Source: Macrostomum lignano (Eukaryota). From it: a DNA stretch of 45,701 nucleotides. The stretch is from assembly GCA_002269645.1 (NCBI GenBank), contig NIVC01000354.1, positions 1 through 45,701 of the forward strand, given 5' to 3'. The translations under genes and the position numbers were made by a program. Below are positions 1 to 11,100 of the stretch, one piece after another. Under the pieces are notes generated by a model that saw only the letters and a list, made by a program, of their open reading frames with translations, ran no database searches and had not been told where the DNA came from. Numbering within the stretch: position 1 is the stretch's first letter; each line of letters opens with the position of its first letter.

Positions 1-40
1 TTAAATATAGGTTCGGATAATATAGATTACAGGTGTGTGG

Positions 41-262
41 ACATCTGGGATCGCGGATTTAGATATTTGAGATGCGGGGTTTAATAGACATCTGAGATGT
101 GGAATTTAGATTTCTGAGATGCAGGATTTAGAGATCTGGGATGCGGGATTTAGACATCTGAGATGCAGGATTTAGACACCTGAGATGCGAGGTTTAGATA
201 TCTGAGATGCGGGATTTAGATGTCTGATATGCGGGATTTAGATATCTGAGATGCGGGATTAT
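41..262. repeat. 22-bp minisatellite (GAGATGCGGGATTTAGACATCT)n, about 10 degenerate copies
   Basis: Direct tandem repeats read from the sequence; no spacers. Confidence 0.9.
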
Positions 263-342
263 ACATTCGTATAAACTTATAATTCTTATAACAATAAACT
301 TTGTGATTTTTTAAGCAAATGAAGGCTCGTTTATTACAAATG

Positions 343-514
343 TAATGTGTGTTCACACTGTTACTAATGTGTGTTCACACTGTTACTAATGTGTGTTCAC
401 ACTGTTACTAATGTGTGTTCACACTGTTACTAATGTGTGTTCACACTGTTACTAATGTGTGTTCACACTGTTACTAATGTGTGTTCACGCTGTTTTTACT
501 AATGTGTGTTCACA
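343..514. repeat. 22-bp minisatellite (TAATGTGTGTTCACACTGTTAC)n, about 7.7 copies
   Basis: Near-perfect copies start at 343, 365, 387, 409, 431 and 453, followed by two variant copies. Confidence 0.95.
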
Positions 515-3500
515 TGCCATAGCCACGTGCCCTGCACTCCATAAGCTTGGGCTTTGGTGATTTTCTAAGCTTTCTTTTTGGGTCGCACACTTATCCAGCG
601 CCGCATGGCTATGCTGCTTTGCTCCAATTTTAATCCAATCCTTCACATTGTTAAAAACATGAGATAAATTCAGAAACTGGCTCGGAGCCTTTTTCAGCGT
701 AATACTCTTATATTACTACTCAGACGCCAATTTAGTAGCGATTTTAGTTTTTTAGAACTTTTTTCTGATGCTACTAATTTTTGTGTTGTAAATGCGGGGT
801 TCAGACATGACAGAGACTTTAAACTTGGGACTCTGGAACAATGTGTGAGCTTACGAGTTGCTTTTTAACATTTAATTTGTTGTATTTTCTTGCTGATATA
901 CAGGACGATCCTCCGCCACTTGTACTCATACTTTGTACATTTTTGTTCTTTTTTTAATGCAAATGTTACTCTCTGTGAATAAAAAAAGAATTGAAATTTT
1001 TATGTTTAGAATTTTTAATTGCTATATGTTGTTTGTCAAAATTTATCAACTGCTGCTACAGATTCTGTCCCATCAACCTAGCCAAGCAAACCCAAGCCCC
1101 GGGTTTGACTGGGTGAAATTCTCACAGGTGAGAGAGTAATATTGGTGAAGGTATGATAAATCAGGGTATTCAAAATTATTGCCAGTTTGAGGATGAATCG
1201 GTCGGACAGGAATAATCCCCCCCTCCCTCGACGCCTCCATATTGGGAGAAATATCCGCATTTTGAGCTGTCAAACTGAGATGCAAGCGAGCTATACAAGC
1301 CGCGAAGTGTTTACTCATCCGCCCTAACCCTTCAAAATTGTGCCTCGGAGGCCGGAGCGGAGCTTTCGAGTGGCCTGTCAATCAAAAAAGGGAAATTTTC
1401 TTTCCCCGGTCTGGCTGTCTGTAGCTTCTGTTCAAACGAGCAGGACACGATTTCTACTGTTGTATCAGGCGCATTGGTCTTGCAACCGCTGCATGTCTAT
1501 GGCCGCAATGTGGCGGCAGTGATAAGTGTTTTGACCATAGACACCAGTAGTGGACTGTCTGTCGCGTGTATGTACCATTACAGCGGTGTATGTTCCGTGT
1601 ACCATGCATTGTAAAGGGAAGCAGACTGCTTAGCATTATGCGAAGTATTCAGACATTCATCTAAAGAACAGTGAAATTAGCTGCATTTAGCAACTAAGGT
1701 TAGTAAGAAAACATCAATTGCGTTGTGATTAGGAAAAAATCTAAATAAATTTGGTTTGTCTTTGATTAAAGGTGAGATGCAAATTTCCGTTAAAACTTTC
1801 AAGCAAATCTATAGTACTTTTTGGACACCGGAGACTGTGCAGGCGGTGGTGTTTTCTCCAGCGAATTTTTCAATGTCAGATCGACTTGGAAGTATTGATT
1901 TTGGTGGATTTACATGTGTAATTTTTACTCGAGTTCATACTCGATGCCACAGTGCCTCTATAAAATATGATATCCTATTATATTAGAATGTTCTAAGAAA
2001 TTCACTTACTTTCTAGGAAACCAGCAGGGGAAGAGCAGTTCAGCGGTAAACGTGTCTGAATCGCACCACGGCCCCAATGCCACTGATTCACATCTATGGC
2101 GCGCGGAGCGCCACCCTTCCTCCAAGGCACAGAAGGTGCACATGTCTGACGAAGAGAAAATCGAAAGGCTGCTGTACACCCTGTGTGAACCGTATGTATG
2201 AATGAGTGCTGTGCCTGCGTGTACAGTATTGGCGCGCTTGCATGTGCTCAGAAGTCGGCGGATGGGCAGAACTGCCGTCAGCGCTGGTTGTGGGACCGAT
2301 CATACATGCGCAACCTCCAAAATTCGGTCGGCCGTGCGACTTAGTTTTAACAAAAATGCGACTTACCTGTGAAAGAGAAACCCTAAAGCAAAATTAACGC
2401 AATTTCGGGTAAACGGTAGGAGTAGCTATGACTGTCTTATTAGGGCTAAATGCCTTGTCATCTAATTAGTACTACGTCTGTATTCTTTGGGGTGGCATTT
2501 TTGCGACTTACCTTGGTTGGCCGCCAAATCGGTCAGCCGGATCGGCCGACTGTTGCGCATGTATGGGACCGATGGTGCCTAAGGCGTTGCGCCAGGGTGC
2601 CCCGGAGCCCTCATATAGGAAACCGGCATCAATGAACACAATAAACAAGAAGAAAACGTTGCAACTTTAATGTTTCGTTTAATTTTGACAGTTTTAGTAG
2701 AGCCAACGCTCCATTTATTTATGCATATACAAACTAATAAATCATAAATAAATATGTATGCAGGAGACTGGAGAGGGAACAAAGGGGATCGAATTGACAT
2801 TGGAGATGAGGTGGGTGGGTGCAGGGGTGAAAAACGCGGCTTCTTTGCTGCTAATTGACACCATAAATAGATATATGATGAAGCTGGGACTCAGAAATTG
2901 CTGACTACATAAAGTTTGTGTGTGCAGCTTCTTAAAAATGTGCTTAAACAAAATATTAATAAAGAATGTGTTATTAACAGTACCACGAGGCTAACGCTAA
3001 GCGACAATTGCGCACAATTTCATTTTCCCCTATTTGCAAGTGAAGGCAGCGACGTGAGCTCCAGCAACGGACAGGCTCTGCGTTCCGTTATTTTGCTTGT
3101 CTTTTCGGCTAAAGACATAAGAAGTAGAAAAAAAACAACAGAAAAAGTAGAGAAGAAAACAAGGCTGAGCACAAAACGAAGGAATCGATAAAAAGCGGAC
3201 GCGGAGCGGTTGCTATAGTAACCAAAAGCGCAAAACGAATAAAAGACAGAGCGGATGTGCAATCATTAATGAAGTGAAATAACAATAACACTCGAGTTTA
3301 ATATGGTGCGACACACAAAAATCTACTCAAATTAATAGTTCACCAGCAATCAGTTTGCCTAGAAATGTACAAGTGGAGTTGCTTTATTCTCGAATCGATC
3401 TCAAATCTGGCAGGACTAGAATATCAAGCTTGAGCTGTTAGTAATTATAATAAGCACGATTCATATAGTTACTACCGTTAATATTGCAATAGAAATTTGA

Positions 3501-3750
3501 TTAGAAACAAAACAAACAGAAGACAAAAAGGCAGCAGTATCCAAGGTGTGTGTGTGTGCGCGCAAAACTTTGATAAAGTGCAAAAAGGTGGACTGTAGAA
3601 AGATACTCAGCTGACGGGCCATGCACCCAGAGAGATTCCGCAATTTAAGACAACGCGGAAATGAGGAAAAACGCAATTAACAGTTGCGGGACGGCAAGTT
3701 TCGCTAATTTTAACAAAAAATTCTATTGCTGTGAACATCAATTGGCAGGC

Positions 3751-5117
3751 TCAGGCCAGGCTCTGATGCAGCGCCAGCAGCGCGTTCAGCTCCGTCTCCG
3801 GCAGGTGGGCCCGCTTAGCGGCGAATTCCGCCAAGCCGAGCGGCGACTGAGCGTGCAGGCAGCAGGCCGGGATGTGCAGCAGCAGCCGCGCCTCGCCAGA
3901 CAGCGTCGGCAGGCGATCGGCCGACGACGACCACCACTGAGCCGCCGAGCCGGAAGCTCCGGCCTGTTCGAGCAGCGACTCGTATCGTCTGGCCTCGTCT
4001 TCTACAGACTTGCGCGCCTGATCCAGATTCTGCTGCACCACCAGCGAGTTCCGCTTCCGCCGGCTGATGTGGCCGGCCTCTTCGGCCAGCTGCTTCTCCA
4101 CCAGCTGGGCGACGGCCGACTTCCGGTCCGTCTCGGCCGGGAGCGGCAGCCGCGGCTGCAGGAAGGCGGCCAGCTGGGCGAGACGCCACACCTTGTCCGG
4201 GCTGCGGTAGGCCGCCAGCACCCGCTCCCGGCTGCCTCAGCCAGCGCCTCCACAGCGGGATCCACCGCGGCGTCGGCGTGCGAGGAGGGCGACGCCGTCG
4301 AGGACGTCGCCGGTTGGCGCAACACGGCGGGCAGGTCGCGCACCACCGGCAGAGCCTGGCCGAGGCTGCCAGACGAGGCGGAGAAAAGCCGGCCAAGGTG
4401 GTCGCGGAACCGGACAAGGGCGGCCGCCAACTCGCGGGCCGAGCGAAGCTCCGGATCGGTGCAGCCAGACGGCGGCGGTGGCGGCGATTGCGGCTTCGTC
4501 ACGGAGGTGTCGTCCACGAGACGCTGCAGGGCGTCCAGCGCCGACTCCCAGCCGGATTCGTCATCGAAGTCCTCTTCCTCCTGATCTTGATCCTCCTCTT
4601 CGTTGACGTCCTGAGCCGCTTCGACGTCGCCGTCGGCGTCCATGGCGCAGTCGGTGGCGACGGTGCCGACAGCAGCGTCGTTGCCTTCGCCGTCTGTCGC
4701 GGTTGGCGCCTCCTGATCATCTAGCAGGTCGTTACAGTTGACGTCCGCCTTCTTCGGACGGCGGGCATCATCGTCTTTCGCTAGGCGACGATTGGCGCGA
4801 AGGATCTGACGACGTCCATAGTGACCGCGGCGACGACTGCAGCGGCGGCTGCGGCAGCGGCGGAGGATCGCCTGGCAGGCCGGCGTCTCAGCCAGGGCGT
4901 CGCTGACAGCCTGCGACATGGCGGCGTGCAGACAGGGCACAATGATGATCTTGTCGATGGAGTCGTGCATCCCGTTCTGGTTGGCCTGTTGCAGTTGGCG
5001 GACAAAGTCGGCCGGTCGGTTGCAGACGATGGGCAGAAAGTCCTGCGGCAGCTGCGACTCGGTGTAAGCCGAGATGATCTCCAGGCAGGTGGATGCCAGC
5101 AGGTTTAGGTTGGGCAG
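3751..5117 (-). CDS. ZBED-like gene, last exon: hAT core C-half plus C-terminal dimerisation domain (frameshift at ~4229-4232)
   Basis: Acceptor tcacccctctcaccaccag|CTG at 5118/5117 (alternative cttgcag|TAC at 5159, same frame). Motifs: IVCNRPADF (hAT VTD-x-G/A-A-N), VPCLHAAMSQAV (CxxH region), SGWESALDALQRL (TRWNS-x3-ML-x-R), LAAFLQPR (ATxLDPR), QWWSSSADRLPTLSGEARLLLHIPA (WW-x5-FPxLxxxARxxLxIPA), HLPETELNALLAL. TGA at 3751-3753. Confidence 0.82.
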
Positions 5118-8100
5118 CTGGTGGTGAGAGGGGTGATAAATCATCATTTGAAGTCGGTACTGCAAGCGTGATTCTGGGGACTTTAGAGAGCTTATTGTGT
5201 CTTTGACACCTTCCAGTGTCGCTTTGGGGGTTCTTGGTGTGTCTCTGGTGTCCTCTTGGTGTGTCTCTGGTGCCCCTTGGTGTTTCTCTGGTGCCCCTTG
5301 GTGTTTCTCTGGTGTCCTCTTGGTGTGTCTCTGGTGTCCTCTTGGTGTGTCTCTGGTGCCCCTTGGTGTTTCTCTGGTGCCCCTTGGTGTTTCTCTGGTG
5401 TCCTCTTGGCGTGCCTCTGGTGTCCTCTTGGTGTGTCTCTGGTGCCCCTTGGTGTTTCTCTGGTGTCCCCTTGGTGTTTCTCTGGTGTCCCCTTGGTGTG
5501 TCTGGTGCCCCTTGGTGTTTCTCTGGTGCCCCTTGGTGTGTCTGGTGCCCCTTGGTGTTTCTCTGGTGTCCTCTTGGTGTGTCTCTGGTGCCCCTTGGTG
5601 TTTCTCTGGTGTACCCTTGGTGTGTCTCTGGTGCCCCTTGGTGTTTCTCTGGTGTACCCTTGGTGTGTCTCTGGTGCCCCTTGGTGTTTCTCTGGTGTCC
5701 CCTTGGTGTTTCTCTGGTGTCCTCTTGGTGTGTCTCTGGTGTCCTCTTGGTGTGTCTCTGGTGCCCTTGGTGTTTCTCTGGTGTCCTCTTGGCGTGCCTC
5801 TGGTGTCCTCTTGGTGTGTCTCTGGTGCCCCTTGGTGTTTCTCTGGTGTCCCCTTGGTGTTTCTCTGGTGTCCCCTTGGTGTGTCTGGTGCCCCTTGGTG
5901 TTTCTCTGGTGCCCCTTGGTGTGTCTGGTGCCCCTTGGTGTTTCTCTGGTGTCCTCTTGGTGTGTCTCTGGTGCCCCTTGGTGTTTCTCTGGTGTACCCT
6001 TGGTGTGTCTCTGGTGCCCCTTGGTGTTTCTCTGGTGTACCCTTGGTGTGTCTCTGGTGCCCCTTGGTGTTTCTCTGGTGTCCCCTTGGTGTTTCTCTGG
6101 TGTCCTCTTGGCGTGCCTCTGGTGTCCTCTTTGTGTGTCTCTGGTGTCCTCTTGGTGTGTCTCTGGTGTCCTCTTGGTGTGTCTCTGGTGCCCCTTGGTG
6201 TTTCTCTGGTGTCCTCTTGGTGTGTCTCTGGTGCCCCTTGGTGTTTCTCTGGTGCCCCTTGGTGTTTCTCTGGTGTCCTCTTGGTGTGTCTCTGGTGTCC
6301 TCTTGGTGTGTCTCTGGTGCCCCTTGGTGTTTCTCTGGTGCCCCTTGGTGTTTCTCTGGTGTCCTCTTGGCGTGCCTCTGGTGTCCTCTTGGTGTGTCTC
6401 TGGTGCCCCTTGGTGTTTCTCTGGTGTCCCCTTGGTGTTTCTCTGGTGTCCCCTTGGTGTGTCTGGTGCCCCTTGGTGTTTCTCTGGTGCCCTTGGTGTG
6501 TCTGGTGCCCCTTGGTGTTTCTCTGGTGTCCTCTTGGTGTGTCTCTGGTGCCCCTTGGTGTTTCTCTGGTGTACCCTTGGTGTGTCTCTGGTGCCCCTTG
6601 GTGTTTCTCTGGTGTACCCTTGGTGTGTCTCTGGTGCCCCTTGGTGTTTCTCTGGTGTCCCCTTGGTGTTTCTCTGGTGTCCTCTTGGTGTGTCTCTGGT
6701 GTCCTCTTGGTGTGTCTCTGGTGCCCCTTGGTGTTTCTCTGGTGTCCTCTTGGCGTGCCTCTGGTGTCCTCTTGGTGTCTGTTGGCAATTCTAATTTCGA
6801 CTAGTTTTAATCCTCAAGTCAATAACATTCTGTCACTGCATATCATAACGATTTCACGCAATTATACTCGTAAGCAGACGAATTGCATCAGTAGATAAGG
6901 TGAGAACAACAATCCCTCCGCACGCTTGACTTGTTTTCCTCCTCTCGTTCAGCACCAGCTACGAAAAAGAAGTCGGACCCAGCGATGCGATATGCGAGCT
7001 AAGGAGGCCTTCCTTCCTTCTATGAAGCTTCCTCTCTCCATCTCCATAGTTGTCAAGGCGACTTGCCGCAATTCTCCGTTTCGTGTTCGCATTGTGCGTG
7101 TGCTCCCCTCCTTCCCACCCCCAGCATGCCATTGCAGCAGATGCTTCATCAAAGCAAAGCTGAGGCTCCCCTGGCGACAGAGTGGCGATCGCGAGCCCCG
7201 CGGCCAAGCAGATTCAACAATAGGCTGCTTATAATCGGCAGCAGAAAAAGGCGCGACGCCAAGGGAGGTGGTGGGCGGGAGATGCGGGCTGGCGGCAGCT
7301 CATCAGCTAAGCGTGCCGTGACTTAACAACCGCCATGGGGTGTCGGCTTGAGGCCAGATTTGAGGCCTCGCGGTCGCAGCGAAGAAGGCAAAGAATAACA
7401 AGGGGACACGGAGAGGAAGTTGGCCCCCTATAGCTCCTCTTACCCGGCCAATTGAACAGTGAGAAGCGTTCCCGCGCTGCGAAGATCGAGTAGAGGATTA
7501 TGAGATCCCTTATAGGCATCCCTGGGACAGAGGGAGAATAGCGGGGGGTGGCGGGCTCCATTGTTCGGAGCGGAACTCGGGCTCATTGTCACAGCCTCTC
7601 CGACTTGAAAAGACGTCCGTGCAAGTCTTTCCTGTCTGGCTTGATGGCTCGGCTGGGAGGGAGGCCGACAAGCTTCTTCCATCACCGAGCTCAGGATCTC
7701 TCTTTGCCCGCAGCCTCATCTCCCAGCATCCTCTTTATTCTCAAAGCCCGGCGATTTACCCTCCGCGCGTTTGTCAGCCTGGAGCCTTCAAACTCCCCGG
7801 TCTTCCCTCTCTTAGCTCAGCTCAATTTCAGACTGAGCTGACGGGAGACTCATCAATTTTAAGTTTCTTTTTTTCATAAAAAATTCGGCCCACACCTTTT
7901 CAAAATGCCAGATCGACTTTGCGGCTGCCGTTCCCGTCTTGATTGGTTCAGAAAATTTCTCTCCAGGCTAGGTTAAATAGATGGATTCAAATCTGAATCT
8001 GACATTCTTTGTGGATCCTAGACTGGTGGACAATAGCGGACAGGCTCGACAAGACAGACCTAAGACACAGACACTAAGACATACGAAGACACAGACACTA

Positions 8101-11100
8101 AGACAGACGGAAGACACAGACACTAAGACAGACCTAAGACACAGACACTAAGACAGACGAAGACACAGACACTAAGACAGACAAAGACACAGACACTAAG
8201 ACAGACGAAGACACAGACACTAAGACAGACAAAGACACAGACACTAAGACAGACGAAGACACAGACACTAAGACAGACAAAGACACAGACACTAAGACAG
8301 ACAAAGACACAGACACTAAGACAGACAAAGACACAGACACTAAGACAGACCTAAGACACAGACACTAAGACAGACGGAAGACACAGACACTAAGACAGAC
8401 AAAGACACAGACACTAAGACAGACAAAGACACAGACACAAAGACAGACAAAGACACAGACACCAAGACAGACCTAAGACACAGACACTAAGACAGATGAA
8501 GATACAGACACAAGGACAGACGAAGACACAGACACTAAGACAGACGGAAGACACAGACACTAAGACAGACGAAGACACAGACACTAAGACAGATGAAGAC
8601 ACAGACACTAAGACAGACGGAAGACACAGACACTAAGACAGACGAAGACACAGACACTAAGACATACGAAGACACAGACACTAAGACAGACGAACCCAGA
8701 CACTAAGACAGACGAAGACACAGACACTAAGACATACGAAGACACAGACACTAAGACAGACGAACCCAGACACTAAGACAGACAAAGACACAGACACTAA
8801 GACAGATGAAGATACAGACACAAAGACAGACGAAGACACAGACACTAAGACAGACCTAAGACACAAACACTAAGACAGATGAAGATACAGACACAAAGAC
8901 AGACGAAGACACAGACACTAAGACAGACCTAAGACACAGACACTAAGACAGATGAAGATACAGACACAAGGACAGACGAAGACACAGACACTAAGACAGA
9001 CGGAAGACACAGACACTAAGACAGACGAAGACACAGACACTAAGACAGATGAAGACACAGACACTAAGACAGACGGAAGACACAGACACTAAGACAGACG
9101 AAGACACAGACACTAAGACATACGAAGACACAGACACTAAGACAGACGAACCCAGACACTAAGACAGACGAAGACACAGACACTAAGACATACGAAGACA
9201 CAGACACTAAGACAGACGAACCAGACACTAAGACAGACAAAGACACAGACACTAAGACAGATGAAGATACAGACACAAAGACAGATGAAGATACAGACAC
9301 AAAGACAGACGAAGACACAGACACTAAGACAGACCTAAGACACAGACACTAAGACAGATGATGATACAGACACAAATACAGACGAAGACACAGACACTAA
9401 GACAGACCTAAGACACAGACACTAAGACAGATGAAGATACAGACACAAAGACAGACGAAGACACAGACACTAAGACAGACGGAAGACACAGACACTAAGA
9501 CAGACGAAGACACAGACACTAAGGACAGACGAAGACACAGACACTAAGACAGACGAAGACACAGACACTAAGGACAGACGAAGACACAGACACTAAGACA
9601 GACGAAGGCACAGACACTAAGACAGACGAAGACACATACATAAAGAAAGACGCCAAGCACAGGCTATGTAAAGGGCCATTGGGGTGTTCTCGTATCTTGA
9701 GTAGCAAATCAAGCAGCACAATTAAGACACTCACCGGTCGGGTCTCCAGAACGCGACATTTAGAAGACGATGACAGAGTCTGCTGTAGCTGCTGCTGTGC
9801 CGGAGTGCTGTCTTGCGGGACAAACGCTCTGAGCGTTAGCAGCCTGGTGCCGGCATGATTGCGCCACACCTCGGCTGAGAAGGCACGCACTCCGGGGGCG
9901 CCGCCGATTAGAGCGGCTTTCACCGCGGCCTGCTCGGAGGTCAGGGCGGCCGGTAGCAACTGTTCGAGTAGCCGTTCGCGCTTCGGCGGCTCGCACCTGG
10001 GCGCCAAGCTCTGCACCAGGCGCTGCAAATGTGCCACAGCGGGGGGTCGTAAGGTGGGTTAGGAGCAGAAGTCGAAAAAAAAGAATAATAATGCCCTCCC
10101 CCCTGAGCAGGCAGTGTGAATAATGCAAAAGCTGACGCAAAAGCAGAAGAGAGAAGACAGAAGAGAGAATGGGCCAGTACCAGCAGGAACTGCTGTACAA
10201 ACACCGCGCCACTCGCGAATGACGCCGAACGAAAAAAAAAATTTTTTAGAGGCCGGAGGGGTTGCGGCGGAGACTTCGGTCGGAGCCATTGTTGGTGCCG
10301 CTAACAGGAAGCGACTTCCTCTTCTAAAGCCCACTCGCTCAATCACTCTCACCGTCTCTCTGTCTCTCTGTGTTGTCTCCTTCTCCCCCTATTACAGCCG
10401 GGAAAAAATTGCAACAAAAACTACCCAGCAGACAGGGGCCCGCCTATTCTAGCGTAGGAAACTGCCCAAACTGATCGAAGAGTGGCTAAGCCGGCGCTCT
10501 CAAGTGAGGCGCCGCTGGTCGTCAGCAACCCGAAGCTTTGGGTGGCGTGGCGGGCGCCGCTGAAGTGTGTGAGCGGGACCTGCAGCAGCAGCTGATATCC
10601 AGCGCAGCCTAGCGAGCTGCTCGTGTGCTCATTCCATTACTTGCCTCTCCCTGTCAGGGACCGGGAATTCCCGTTCTCCTGCTGCCCACCGTTTTGTGAC
10701 ACAATTATCGGGCCCTCCTATGCCAACACTCGAAAGTCATTGTTCCCCGCCCCTCCAGCGATCTGGCTGAGTGAATGTGAGAGAGAGGGGAGGACGGGAA
10801 CTCGATTCCCCGACCTGAAAACCGTCCTCTTTCCCGTTCCCCTCAACCTCAAACCAACCCCCCGGCATTGTTCGCCTCGGTCCCGCGGGGTGACAGGCTG
10901 AGCAATAAGAGGATTCTGTCCCCATTGTTACCAACGGAGCCGATTTCCGGAGCAGCAGGACCCGAAGAGGGCCACCCGAGAAGAAGCTCGGTTGCGGTGG
11001 AGTGGGGCGGCTGAATGATTACCTGAACAAACAGTGCGGGCCCCGGCCCATTCACGCAGAAGACAGCGCGCTCAGCCGCGGCGCTCGCAAGGGCTTCCTG

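Noticed and set aside
41-514. 22-bp arrays (and the 31-bp array at ~41939) as CRISPR-like
   Set aside because: Repeats are head-to-tail with no unique spacers, there are no cas genes, and the context is eukaryotic.
1063-2191. Possible plus-strand exons at 1063-1128 (ctacag|...|gtgaga) and ~2017-2191 (ttctag|...|gtatgt)
   Set aside because: The splice sites are plausible, but the phases do not join directly and the peptides match nothing I recognise; unsupported without RNA data.
3661-5108. Plus-strand and alternate-frame ORFs overlapping the last ZBED-like exon; likewise 34008..34856(-), 32529..32819(+) and the ORFs overlapping exons 1-2
   Set aside because: Shadow ORFs caused by GC-rich codon usage on the true coding strand; no recognisable motifs.
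5197-6898. 500+ aa ORFs in three plus frames and the N-terminal ~550 aa of the 928-aa minus ORF
   Set aside because: They are translations of an A-poor minisatellite that lacks stop codons; only the part from 5117 down has real motifs and a splice acceptor.
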